Source: Myxococcota bacterium
GTDB taxonomy: Bacteria; Myxococcota_A; SURF-8
Assembly (NCBI GenBank): GCA_965140415.1
Contig: OZ223209.1
Span: 4,064,001-4,128,000, forward strand
Direction: 5' to 3'
DNA: 64,000 bases
Both the position numbers and the translations under genes were made by a program. The notes below the pieces were generated by a model. It was given only the letters and a program-made list of their open reading frames with translations, was not told the DNA's origin and did not search any database. Position 1 is the stretch's first letter; each line of letters opens with the position of its first letter. Shown one piece after another: positions 7,487 to 17,031 of the stretch.

Positions 7487-10400
7487 TCACCCTTCCTCCA
7501 CCAAGCGCACTTCGGTGTCGGTGAGGCCGTACAGCTTGTAGGTCAGGGCGTTCATATCGGCTTCGGCACAGGCGATTTGCTCGTCCAGCGCTTGGATGTC
7601 GGCGTCGATTTTCACCACCTGCTTGCAAATGGCGTCGTTGTCCGTTTTGCGCAGCTTCAGCAGCAAACCCAGCAGGCGTTTGGCGTCGAACTTCTCGGTT
7701 ACGTTCGTCTGCCGCGCCTTGTGCCGCCACTGTGCCGCAATGAAGCTGGCTTCGTCGTCGTCCACGAAAATGCCCTCGATCAGCGCCGCGCCGTTTGCCA
7801 ACACGCGCAATTCGCCCATGTCGTTTTCCACCGTCAGCCGCACACCCGGTTGCAGCATGGCGTTGATGCGGTCGAAGTAGGCGGTCAGCTTCAATTCGCG
7901 TTGCAGCTTGGCCCATTCTGTCAACGCTTTGCCTTTCAACTCCGATGGCGCGGTTTTCTTAAGCGTCGCCACGGTTTCGACATCATCCCACAGCCATTTT
8001 TCGTTGCGCATTTCGTCGCTGCATTGCGGGCTGTTCAGGCGCTTGTCGATTGCAAGCTGCAAGTCGCGCCGTTTGGTGTGCAGGTCTTGCAGGTGTTTGG
8101 CCTTTTCGGCCACCTTGGCTTTGTCGTCGTCGCTGGCTTTGGGTATGGGCAGGGGGGCGATAAACTGTTTGTTTGCTTCGTAATAGCCGCCCGCCTTCGG
8201 TTTGGCAATGCGCTTGAAAATGTAATCGCAAAGCGGGGCATTCAACACACCAAGCAGAAACCAGCCGGTTTCGATATCGGTAGGTATAATGCCGTTCACC
8301 CGCACGTTGTTGAAGTAAAACGCGCCTTCGCTGTCGTAGCACACCCGCATGCCGGGCACCGTTTGCCCCACACACAGCTTGGGGATTTCCTGCTTGTCGA
8401 TGTTTTGGTGGCGGCCAAAGCGATACCATTGGTCGTCGTCAAATTTGCCCTTCTCCCGTGCTCTTAGTTCTTTTTCGTAGCTCACAAGGTAAGCCCACGC
8501 TTTGGGATATTGTTTCGCCATTTCACTGGCAGTATAAAGGTGCACTTTTCCCTTTGTCACAAGGTACGGAAAAAGCAAATGCGTGTTTGTGTTTGGTACT
8601 TCAAAGCGCTTTGCATCCGGCCCTGAAACCAGCGGGTGCATGATGGCATCTTCAATTTCCACTTCCACCGGCTCTTTATTGCCCTGTGGTTTGTGCAAGT
8701 ATCGGTTTGGGGCTATGCGCTGCAAGTGGTATATGTAATCGGCACTTGTTTGAATGCCAACCATAATGCCTTTGCAAGATTTGTTCAAACGCTTGCAGCT
8801 TGCAATCAACTTTTCATGAAGCGCCCGCTCGGTGTTGGGCATAAGCACCCAACCGTCATCTTGCGGCAATTCGGCATAAAAGGCGCTGTCTTCCACTTCT
8901 CGCCAATCCACCGCCGCAATATCCTGCTTGCCATGCGGGGCAAAGACGCACCGGATGCGGTCGTGCGGGAAGCCGGTAAAGAATTGCAGGGCGGTATAGG
9001 TAATCGCCTCGTCAAACACCTGATAGCTTTTGAAATCAATCCAGCGATCCAGCCGCCGCGTGCGCCTGAGCTTTTGCCGCAAGCCCCTGCCGTATTCGTT
9101 GACCATCCACACGTTGGGCGCGATGTAGCCCATTTTGCCCTGCGGGTTCAAGAGTTCCACGCCACGCTCGATAAAGGGCAGATACAAATCGAAGTTGCCC
9201 GTTTGCGTGCTTTCATAAAGCGGCCCGCCGCCCTCGCGCTTGGCGTTCAACAAATAGCCCGCCACGTCTTCCTGTATCTTGCGGAAGTGTTGCAGCTTTA
9301 CATAAGGCGGGTTGCCGATGACGCAATCAAAACCGCCGTTTTCGCGGTTAAACACTTCGGGGAAGGTTTCCCGCCAATCAAAGGTGTTCACGCGCTCCTG
9401 CTCGTCTTCCGAGAACATATCCCGGCTTTGCTGCACTTGGGCGTAGAAATCATGGCCGATCAGCGAATTGCCGCAACGGATGTTTTCGTCCAGCGTGGTC
9501 AACGGGCGATCCGGCAGCGCCGTATGCAGCCACAAAGCCAACCGGGTGATCTCCACCGATTCGGCGTTGATGTCCACGCCATACAGGTTTTTGGAAAGCA
9601 CCGCACGCATGGCCGCGTGGGTGTCGAACAGGCCCATGCTGCCGGTCACGCGCTCAAGCTCTTTGGCGATCCACTGGCGTTGCTCGTACAGATATTTGAA
9701 CGCCTGAATCAGAAACGCGCCCGACCCGCAAGCCGGATCGACCACCTTCAGCTCGTCCATGCGGTCGCTGTATTTGTGCAGGGCGGCTTCGTATTCCGCA
9801 ACCACCTTGTCTTTGCGCTTGTCTTGGCGGTGGGTGCTGATTTGCTCGTCGGTGACATCGGTAAACTTGTCAAAGCCAAGCTCTTTGCGAATCTCGGCCA
9901 AGCGCGCCCCAACGGTTTCCTCCACGATGTAGTGCGTCACCCATTCGGGCGTGTAGTACACACCATCGCGCTTGCGCTTGGTAAGCTCTGTCAGCGATTC
10001 GCGTCCCTCGGCATGAGCTTCCATCACTTCCAGTTCGGTAATGCTCTGCTCGAAAATGCGCCCCATAGCCGTAAGCGTCAGGGTGCGCCCGTCGCCTTCA
10101 TCCGACGCGCCGAAGTTGTACTTGGCCGACAAATACAGCAGGGTGTCGGGGTATTTCATCAGACGCTTTTCGCTCTGCCCTTGGTTCTGCCTGCAAAACA
10201 CCGTGTTGGGCAACTTAAGCGCGTCCATCTCCTTGTCTTCGGCAAACAGCCCACCGTTAAAGCGGTTGATGCGTTCCTTGCCAAAGGGCGTGCCGTCGCG
10301 CATGGATACAAACAACTGCCGGATGCGGTTCCATGCGTTGGTGCCGTTTGGGTCGTAGTATTCGTCGTTGGACACGTAAATCAGCACATCCCTGAGCACG

Positions 10401-11329
10401 TTTGGCGGGAAGCTAAGCTCGCGCCCCATGTCCTCGCAGTACAGGATGAAAATGCAGCGATCCATAATGCGCTGGGTAAACTTGACCAAACGCCGCAAGC
10501 GGCCTTCCTGCTCGTATTGCGGGTTGTGCTTGCGCAGCGCCTTGTAAATGGCTTCTCGGTAGGCGTGGTATTCCTTGTAAAACTCGTTTTCCAACGCTTC
10601 TTCATGGGTGATCTGCGCATCCAACAGCTTTTCAAGCGGGCTTTTGCCGCTGGTCGCAAGCAGGCTGTCGCGGTGGAAGGTTTTATAGAACAGAAAACGG
10701 TGGAACGCCGCGTCGGTATCGTCGCCCAAAAGCGAATGAGCCAGGTCGCCCTCGGCTGGCTTGATGACAAAGCGCTGGTATTGCGCCTTGTTGCCGTACA
10801 GGTACAGCCGGAACTCGTTCATATCCGTAACCAAGCCCCATGTGGGCAGAATGGGCGAAATCAGCCCCGTGCGGGATTCCCGCAAATAGTCGAGGCATTG
10901 GTCAACGGGCGAGCGGTCGTTGGGGCGGTTCGATTGTGGCTTGTCCAGCCCGGAGCGGTCGTCTTTGAATTCGCCCAATACCTGCGGGATTTCTTCCATG
11001 TCCGCTTGGCCGAAAAAGCCCAAGGCCAAATCGGCTTCGCCGGTGCCGCCACGCTGCCCCGCGCCTTTGACCGGGTATTGCTGTTGCAGGGTGTAACCTT
11101 CGCCTTTTACCGCTTCGCCGCTGGCCACATAGCCCCACGTCTGCTTGAAAAACACGTCAATAAACGTGCCCTCGCTGGCGGTTTCCTTCTGCCAGTCTTT
11201 TGCAGCCCAATTCTGCAAGCGGGTCAAGAGGGCTTGGGCTTCGTCGCTATCGTTAAACGCCTCAAACTCTTTCGCCCAAATCGAGCGAAGGTAGGCGGTA
11301 TTGAACAAAGGCTGATGCTTCTCAGGCAT
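7487..11329 (-). CDS. Type IIG (Eco57I-like) fused restriction endonuclease / N6-adenine methyltransferase
   Basis: N-terminal ADLALG...LGEFK nuclease; FNGGLF; GVYYTP; motif I VVDPACGSGAFL; LYGVDIN; motif IV IGNPPY; C-terminal target recognition domain (TRD) region. Confidence 0.93.
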   Translation of the reverse strand: MPEKHQPLFNTAYLRSIWAKEFEAFNDSDEAQALLTRLQNWAAKDWQKETASEGTFIDVFFKQTWGYVASGEAVKGEGYTLQQQYPVKGAGQRGGTGEADLALGFFGQADMEEIPQVLGEFKDDRSGLDKPQSNRPNDRSPVDQCLDYLRESRTGLISPILPTWGLVTDMNEFRLYLYGNKAQYQRFVIKPAEGDLAHSLLGDDTDAAFHRFLFYKTFHRDSLLATSGKSPLEKLLDAQITHEEALENEFYKEYHAYREAIYKALRKHNPQYEQEGRLRRLVKFTQRIMDRCIFILYCEDMGRELSFPPNVLRDVLIYVSNDEYYDPNGTNAWNRIRQLFVSMRDGTPFGKERINRFNGGLFAEDKEMDALKLPNTVFCRQNQGQSEKRLMKYPDTLLYLSAKYNFGASDEGDGRTLTLTAMGRIFEQSITELEVMEAHAEGRESLTELTKRKRDGVYYTPEWVTHYIVEETVGARLAEIRKELGFDKFTDVTDEQISTHRQDKRKDKVVAEYEAALHKYSDRMDELKVVDPACGSGAFLIQAFKYLYEQRQWIAKELERVTGSMGLFDTHAAMRAVLSKNLYGVDINAESVEITRLALWLHTALPDRPLTTLDENIRCGNSLIGHDFYAQVQQSRDMFSEDEQERVNTFDWRETFPEVFNRENGGFDCVIGNPPYVKLQHFRKIQEDVAGYLLNAKREGGGPLYESTQTGNFDLYLPFIERGVELLNPQGKMGYIAPNVWMVNEYGRGLRQKLRRTRRLDRWIDFKSYQVFDEAITYTALQFFTGFPHDRIRCVFAPHGKQDIAAVDWREVEDSAFYAELPQDDGWVLMPNTERALHEKLIASCKRLNKSCKGIMVGIQTSADYIYHLQRIAPNRYLHKPQGNKEPVEVEIEDAIMHPLVSGPDAKRFEVPNTNTHLLFPYLVTKGKVHLYTASEMAKQYPKAWAYLVSYEKELRAREKGKFDDDQWYRFGRHQNIDKQEIPKLCVGQTVPGMRVCYDSEGAFYFNNVRVNGIIPTDIETGWFLLGVLNAPLCDYIFKRIAKPKAGGYYEANKQFIAPLPIPKASDDDKAKVAEKAKHLQDLHTKRRDLQLAIDKRLNSPQCSDEMRNEKWLWDDVETVATLKKTAPSELKGKALTEWAKLQRELKLTAYFDRINAMLQPGVRLTVENDMGELRVLANGAALIEGIFVDDDEASFIAAQWRHKARQTNVTEKFDAKRLLGLLLKLRKTDNDAICKQVVKIDADIQALDEQIACAEADMNALTYKLYGLTDTEVRLVEEG

Positions 11330-11505
11330 TTACACTTCTCCAAAAAGCTGGTTGAAATCGGCAAGTTGATGTGCGCAAAAAATATCACGCAGGACTTGGA
11401 ATTGCCAGATAAAATAATGTGGTCATCCCGCTATTTGCATGTTTTGCAACGGCGTATGACATATTCTGTCACATGGTCTGCTCGATTTGCCCACAGCGCA
11501 GCAAA

Positions 11506-12006
11506 TCATTTATCCCATTCAATGTCGATGGTTTCGATATCGGCTTTCTTTAGCGCTGCAATGGCATTGCTTGAGCCGCCTCTAAAGACTAGCCACACGA
11601 CTGCCTCGACATAGCCAGCTTGTAAAAGCCACCGGTCTTTTTCGATTTGCGCCCTTGTGCTTTTGTTTAGGTAAACGTAGCCGGATTTTACTTCCACCGC
11701 CAACCGCAAGGAATCGTAATACAAGTCAATCCTGCGACGACCATGCGGAGTAATGAACGTCTTCTGCTTTTGCGGCTTGTCGTCCGGTCCTATCCGCAAG
11801 CGGTCACGCAGGTTGTTGACAGTAAGCACCTCTCCCATCAATTCAAACAATTGCCCCCTTGTACGGTTCTGCAAGTTGCACATCTCCCGATAAACTTTGG
11901 GGCGAATAATGGCCGGATCAACCCCGGCATCGCGTAACACTGTTTCCATGTTCTTCTTGAAATATTGGCGACGATTGGCGGCAAGTTCTTTTTTGTACGA
12001 ATTCAT
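11506..12006 (-). CDS. PD-(D/E)XK nuclease resembling polymorphic-toxin REase tips
   Basis: TPHGRRRIDL...AVEVKSGYVYL...QIEKD..LL...VEAVVW; the ATG at 12006 overlaps the upstream stop (ATGA). Confidence 0.7.
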   Translation of the reverse strand: MNSYKKELAANRRQYFKKNMETVLRDAGVDPAIIRPKVYREMCNLQNRTRGQLFELMGEVLTVNNLRDRLRIGPDDKPQKQKTFITPHGRRRIDLYYDSLRLAVEVKSGYVYLNKSTRAQIEKDRWLLQAGYVEAVVWLVFRGGSSNAIAALKKADIETIDIEWDK

Positions 12007-12782
12007 GGCAATATCTCCGGATCGGCCTTTAACATTTCGTCCAACCAAAGCCTTTGTTTGGACAGATCGTAAGGCGCATCGAGATCAGAAAACTGGCAAA
12101 GCTCGCTCTCACCCCATATTTTTGTCGCCGATATAATGCAACCCATCGCGTCTTGCTTAAGCTGCGTAACAGCTAACATACGCAGTACACGACCCTCAAG
12201 AAAAGGTTTCAACAGGCGCAAAAACAATGGAGCGGTAGACGCAAGTTCAGCGCAATCTACAAGAGAAGCCCAGCACCATTGCCATGAAAGTTGCCTGCCC
12301 TTGGTTTTTGTCGCTTTCAAATACGAACGCACCGAACGCAGCTTTGCAAGGCTGGTACCTTTGGCCTCGCATAACAGGTATTCATCCGTTCGGCTATTGT
12401 ATGCAACTGCATCCACGCCGTGAATATCCCACGCCAGATCATTGGCGAATATGGTCTGCCAGTTGGATAAACTCTCCAGTGCGTAATACAAACCGGCCAC
12501 TCCGCCACTTTCTTTGCTTGGATAGGCGGTTGCTGTACCATCCACCACAGGAAAATCCTCTGTTGAAAATTCCGCCGACCATGGGGTGGCTGTGTCCCCT
12601 TGGCCGTTGGTGGCATCAGGCATCAATTCTGCCAAACGTTTTGCAATAATCGCCATTTCATGCAGCGGATTAACTGCATGCGCCATTGCCGCCTTGATTT
12701 CGCTTTCCATGGCCGTCGCTGTGCTCAATAGATTTCCTAAAGGCTGTTCAAATTTTTTTGTAGGTTGCACAAGCATACCCAT
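12003..12782 (-). CDS. PD-(D/E)XK nuclease-like protein (start uncertain)
   Basis: HGVDAVAY...YLLCEAKGT...GRQLSWQW motif pattern typical of REase-fold toxin-like domains. Confidence 0.65.
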   Translation of the reverse strand: MGMLVQPTKKFEQPLGNLLSTATAMESEIKAAMAHAVNPLHEMAIIAKRLAELMPDATNGQGDTATPWSAEFSTEDFPVVDGTATAYPSKESGGVAGLYYALESLSNWQTIFANDLAWDIHGVDAVAYNSRTDEYLLCEAKGTSLAKLRSVRSYLKATKTKGRQLSWQWCWASLVDCAELASTAPLFLRLLKPFLEGRVLRMLAVTQLKQDAMGCIISATKIWGESELCQFSDLDAPYDLSKQRLWLDEMLKADPEILP

Positions 12783-12925
12783 CGAATAATAGCACACACC
12801 ATCCCTTGTCGCGCCGACAATCGGCCTGTGACGGGCGTTCGGCACCGGGCGTAGGGTTGGGCTGGCTCGGCGGGCGGCCGGGGCGAGAAACGGCGAGTCA
12901 GGGGAATTGCAGGATGCAAGGGGGG

Positions 12926-15583
12926 CTATTTCTTTTTTTTCTTTTTACGCCGTTCCCAAATATCTGCTACCCAATTTTCGAGTGCGTCTATGTCCTGCTT
13001 TAGCTGGTCGGGGGTGGGCATATTAAAACCGCCCATCGCTGCTGCATCGTCGTGCCCTCTGTGGAAGGCAGAACATTTCCCCATGTTATCATCGATAACC
13101 TTGTAATCACTTTCCGAAATATCTAGTGCATTCTCAAGCCGTTGCGTTTCGACTGATGCCTTATACCGCATTACTGTTCGGTTAAGCAGCACTTCCTCGA
13201 TGCCTCTTTCCCACGCTTCACGAAGAAAACCGTACAGTTCCTTTGCTGCGGTTTCGTAATCTTTGCTGGTTTGGGTGCGGTGTATTTTTTCGGCGGCATG
13301 CCATTTATTTCTAAGCCAACCAATGCGCCTTTTGGTGGTCATGCCGGGCCACGGCAAACCCGGTTCGCATCGACCAACTCGGTCCCCCTGTCTTACAAGT
13401 TCAATGGCGGCGAAATCAGCTCTCATTTCTTTGGCGGATTCCTCCAAGGCCAGCAAGAAGATGATGTCATGTGTGAACACAACTACCTGTCTACCTCTTG
13501 CTTCTTCGGCCAATCGTCCAGCCACCCATCTCCTATATCGGTGGTCAAGTGAGCACACAGGGTCGTCAAACACAATGCCTGACTCTGTGGTTACATCAAG
13601 CTCCGCAAGAAAGGCTGCCAAAGCAATAACGCGGTGTTCGCCCTCGCTCAAAATGACATCAGGGTTGGGAGCCGTCGATGCCGTGTTTGCCAGCACAATA
13701 TGGTGGTATATAGCCCCCCTTTGGCCACCGGCGCTTTCCAACTTAGGCTGAATACCTACGACCCCAAGCTTCTTTAACTCGCTCTCAAATGCTTTACACA
13801 AACTGTCGGTAATTTCTTGCTCAGCAATTGCCTTGGTTGCCCGTGTTATATGTGATGTGTTGGTTGCGGCTTTTGCCTTGGTAAGCAACTCAATTCGCTT
13901 CAACGCATCCAGATAACGGAGCACCTGTTGTCGCTTTTGGCCAAGCATTTCTTTCGCTTCTTGCTCGCTTATCTGCTGTTGCACCTTTTCCTGCTCGGCG
14001 CTGTTGTCCTTGTTGCGCAGTTCGGCAGCCTTTGCTTGTTTATCATCAAGCAATTTCTTGAATTTGGGTAAGGCGTCGTCTGACATCTTGCCAATATCTG
14101 GCATTGTTGGCGATTCGCCACCTCTTACAACCAGCTCAAGCTCACCAATTGCCGCCTGTATTGCGGTTGCAGTGTCGAGGAATTCTCGCAGGGCTTTCGC
14201 TAAATCGGATGCATCAGCCTCTATCTCTTTGAGAACATTGTCGTCGCTGTCACCACGCACCCTAAGTTTTGCTTCTGCCATTGCCTTGCAAGCTGCAAGA
14301 ACCGCCTCTTGTGCTTTTTCCTCCTGCTGTTGCGTATCCGTGCGCACAAATTCTTCAAACCGTTGCAAACGATCTGTGGCGGCAACATCAAGGGGTTGAT
14401 GGCAAAGTACGCATTGCGCCTGATCTTCTGTAACCGGAAATTCCTGCTTTGAATAGGCGGCTTCGGTGGAGTATCTCCGAGCCGCATCCCAAAGAGTTTT
14501 CCACGGGCTTGTTCCCACACCGTTGAGAAGCGCATCATCATCGCTGAATGCCTGCTGTTGGGCGGCCTTGGAAGCCTGCTGTGCAGTGGTATATTCCGCA
14601 AGCTTGCTGGCCAATTGTGATATAGCATTCTCACCCAAACCAGCCTGAATCTTTACAAGGCGCTGGTATAGAGGGTTGCATTGGCTTACAAGCCTGTCGA
14701 TAGCTATTGCATCGTTTTGCGGGTTTGCTTTCTTAAGCCGTTCAAGCTCTTTTTTTAACTCTGCTAGCTTCTTTTTCTCTTCATCGCTCAAACCTGCAAG
14801 CTTTTTGACCTCTTCCGGGTCTGTGGATGCATCAAGGCTGCCAAACAGTTTGCTTACTGCGGTGTTTTGTGGAGGGTCGAAGGGCAACCCGTCATCTTTA
14901 ATGCGGTTACTTTGGTCAAACTCTGCGTTTAGCACCTCTTGCACCTGCCCGCATACTTTGGCTAGCTGCGATAAGAGATCCATGCCAGCCGGTTGATAGG
15001 CAGGGTCGGTTTTATCCGCAATGTACACTTGGGCTGAATTGTGGTCGAACACGCTGATCTGTGATAGTTCATCCGGCGCTGGCTTGTTGTTTTGCCAGTC
15101 GAAAGCAAGTTTCGTTTGCCTGTTAATGCTGAACTCAATTGTGGCTTTTGGTTCAGCGCGGTTACCGGTGTTGGCGTTCTTCTCAACTTTCTCTTTTTGG
15201 CCACGTGCACGGCAAGCCTGTTTTATTACTCTCGCATAGCTTGACTTACCGCTGCCATTGTCTCCGTAAAATACGCTTAGACCATTCTGGCTGAATGGTA
15301 GCGTTTGCTTATCTACTGTTGCACATACATTGAAATTCTCATGAAGCTTTTCAAGGCGAATCGATTGTATATTTGTGCTTTGGTTTGGAAGGTGGCTTGC
15401 CTCAATGGGCGTTGGTTCAAGCTCAATACCCTTCCAGCCCTGCTCCTTTTTGCAAAGCTTCGCAACTTCCTCAATATCCTGCTGCGATAATGGGCCATTG
15501 ATATGTACAATTCTACGCAGAGCGTCTTGCTGCCATTCGGGCCAATCTTGCGCACAACTTAAAACTTGTTGGTAAACGTTCAT
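12926..15583 (-). CDS. Rad50/RloC-like ABC ATPase with zinc hook and putative C-terminal HEPN-like domain
   Basis: Walker A GDNGSGKS, coiled coils, CVLC hook, signature LSEGE, Walker B FDDP, H-loop FTHD; C-terminal LREAWERGIEE...HDD; RBS GGAGG before the ATG at 15583. Confidence 0.8.
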   Translation of the reverse strand: MNVYQQVLSCAQDWPEWQQDALRRIVHINGPLSQQDIEEVAKLCKKEQGWKGIELEPTPIEASHLPNQSTNIQSIRLEKLHENFNVCATVDKQTLPFSQNGLSVFYGDNGSGKSSYARVIKQACRARGQKEKVEKNANTGNRAEPKATIEFSINRQTKLAFDWQNNKPAPDELSQISVFDHNSAQVYIADKTDPAYQPAGMDLLSQLAKVCGQVQEVLNAEFDQSNRIKDDGLPFDPPQNTAVSKLFGSLDASTDPEEVKKLAGLSDEEKKKLAELKKELERLKKANPQNDAIAIDRLVSQCNPLYQRLVKIQAGLGENAISQLASKLAEYTTAQQASKAAQQQAFSDDDALLNGVGTSPWKTLWDAARRYSTEAAYSKQEFPVTEDQAQCVLCHQPLDVAATDRLQRFEEFVRTDTQQQEEKAQEAVLAACKAMAEAKLRVRGDSDDNVLKEIEADASDLAKALREFLDTATAIQAAIGELELVVRGGESPTMPDIGKMSDDALPKFKKLLDDKQAKAAELRNKDNSAEQEKVQQQISEQEAKEMLGQKRQQVLRYLDALKRIELLTKAKAATNTSHITRATKAIAEQEITDSLCKAFESELKKLGVVGIQPKLESAGGQRGAIYHHIVLANTASTAPNPDVILSEGEHRVIALAAFLAELDVTTESGIVFDDPVCSLDHRYRRWVAGRLAEEARGRQVVVFTHDIIFLLALEESAKEMRADFAAIELVRQGDRVGRCEPGLPWPGMTTKRRIGWLRNKWHAAEKIHRTQTSKDYETAAKELYGFLREAWERGIEEVLLNRTVMRYKASVETQRLENALDISESDYKVIDDNMGKCSAFHRGHDDAAAMGGFNMPTPDQLKQDIDALENWVADIWERRKKKKKK

Positions 15584-15882
15584 CCCCACCTCCAAAACAC
15601 CGCAAAAAACTACCGAAACGATGTGGCAACTATAAGGCATTTCAGGCAGACTGAAAAGAATAATATGCAAAGGTAATACTTTAAGTGTGCCAGAATATGT
15701 CATACCTTGCATGGTGCTGCTTTGTGGCAACAGCGCGTGAAGGGCGACACAGCCTGATTGCAGCTTGCAACTTGCAATTGCAGGCTGCAAGTTGCGGGTC
15801 GCGGGGTCTTCGCATTTTCTCGCAAGGAATGAGTTGCTCCGGGGCGCGAGGCTCCGTTAACATGGCTGCAATAGGAGGCGCG

Positions 15883-16272
15883 ATGCAATTTGATTTTGAA
15901 AAGTACACCGTTTGCCACGTTGCAGGGCCAAAGGACAGTTATTACGACTTGGCGTTACACCCCGGTTACCAGCCGGGCTTTGAAGGCAGGCCGGGCTATG
16001 AACCGCTAGTAGGTTTCTGGACACTCAGTGAAGGCGCGGGGCGGCGCATACTGGAAGTGCAGGCGGTATTGGAAGACCACCCCAAACGCTTTGTGTTTAC
16101 AGACACGCAAGGCCGCACGTTCAAGTTGCGGCCATTAACTCCCGAGCTTTACCGCAGGCATATCCGCAAAACCCTAAGCCGACCGTTTGAGCTACCCACC
16201 TACAAAGCCATCAAGAATTTCTTCCACCACGGTTTACTGCCAGACGGCACGCAACTACCCGGTTGGGATTGA
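15883..16272 (+). CDS. Hypothetical protein (129 aa)
   Basis: Strong RBS AGGAGG before the ATG at 15883 (MQFDFEKYTVCHV...). Confidence 0.6.
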   Translation: MQFDFEKYTVCHVAGPKDSYYDLALHPGYQPGFEGRPGYEPLVGFWTLSEGAGRRILEVQAVLEDHPKRFVFTDTQGRTFKLRPLTPELYRRHIRKTLSRPFELPTYKAIKNFFHHGLLPDGTQLPGWD

Positions 16273-16680
16273 GTCAGCACACCCGCAAAACGGCGGTTTT
16301 CAAGGGTGCAAGCGGTTGCGGCGCTCACCGCCTGCCAGCACGCCAACGTTTTGCAACTGAAAAGTCGCGTTTTAAGCCCTTCGGAATGACCGATCCATAC
16401 CAACCCATATCCCGTGCCAACAAAATGCAACAGCGGACCATTCTCGCGGCGAGAGTGATATGTCTGTGCTGGGTCTGTGCTAGGTCTTTGCCCCATAATC
16501 GCTCACACCCGCTCCATTACTGGCTGTAAGCGTCGAAAACCGCCGTTTTGGTGCGACTATGCGCGGGCTTTTTAGGCAGCGAAAGTTGATTGCCGCAAAC
16601 GGGTAGGTTGGCGTGCCGGTAAACCGTCTGCAAAACCATGCGGCAGGTGCAGCCTGCCATTAGCCCGTTAGGGCTTTTCA

Positions 16681-16736
16681 GTTATCCGTTCTCTGTTCTC
16701 CGTTATCCGTTATCCGTTATCCGTTATCCGTTCTCA
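16681..16736. repeat. Tandem heptamer array, 8 x GTT(A/C)TC(C/T/A)
   Basis: gttatcc gttctct gttctcc gttatcc gttatcc gttatcc gttatcc gttctca. Confidence 0.9.
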
Positions 16737-17031
16737 GGGTTTACAACCGTCGGGTTTTTTCAAAGTGGCATCCAGTGCCACATTTGCAGGTTTCGCCAGT
16801 TATGTCTTGCGGTTAAGCCATGCTTGCAATTTGCAAATCTACGGGTACGTCTTTTTCCGGGTGCGATATTGCGCTTGCAATCGCCAAAATCGGCCCAAAA
16901 CCACCCCTCAAGCCACCCGGTTTATGCCAAACCGGTTTGACCGGTTCGTCACGCTGCTTTAACTTGGCTGCAAACGATAATCGTGTGCAATGACGGCATG
17001 TTAAGCTGTGTTGCCAGTAATAACAGCCCTC

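Noticed and set aside
9328-9344. AAAAC-N4-GTTTT copy inside the type IIG gene
   Set aside because: Explained by the conserved ENGGFD peptide preceding NPPY; not counted as a regulatory site.
8636-11614. 992-aa + strand ORF
   Set aside because: Antisense shadow of the GC-rich type IIG gene; no motifs and unnatural composition.
12846-12925. GC-rich spacer with GTAGGGTTGGGC, REP-like
   Set aside because: Single copy, no clear hairpin partner and no RAYT transposase seen.
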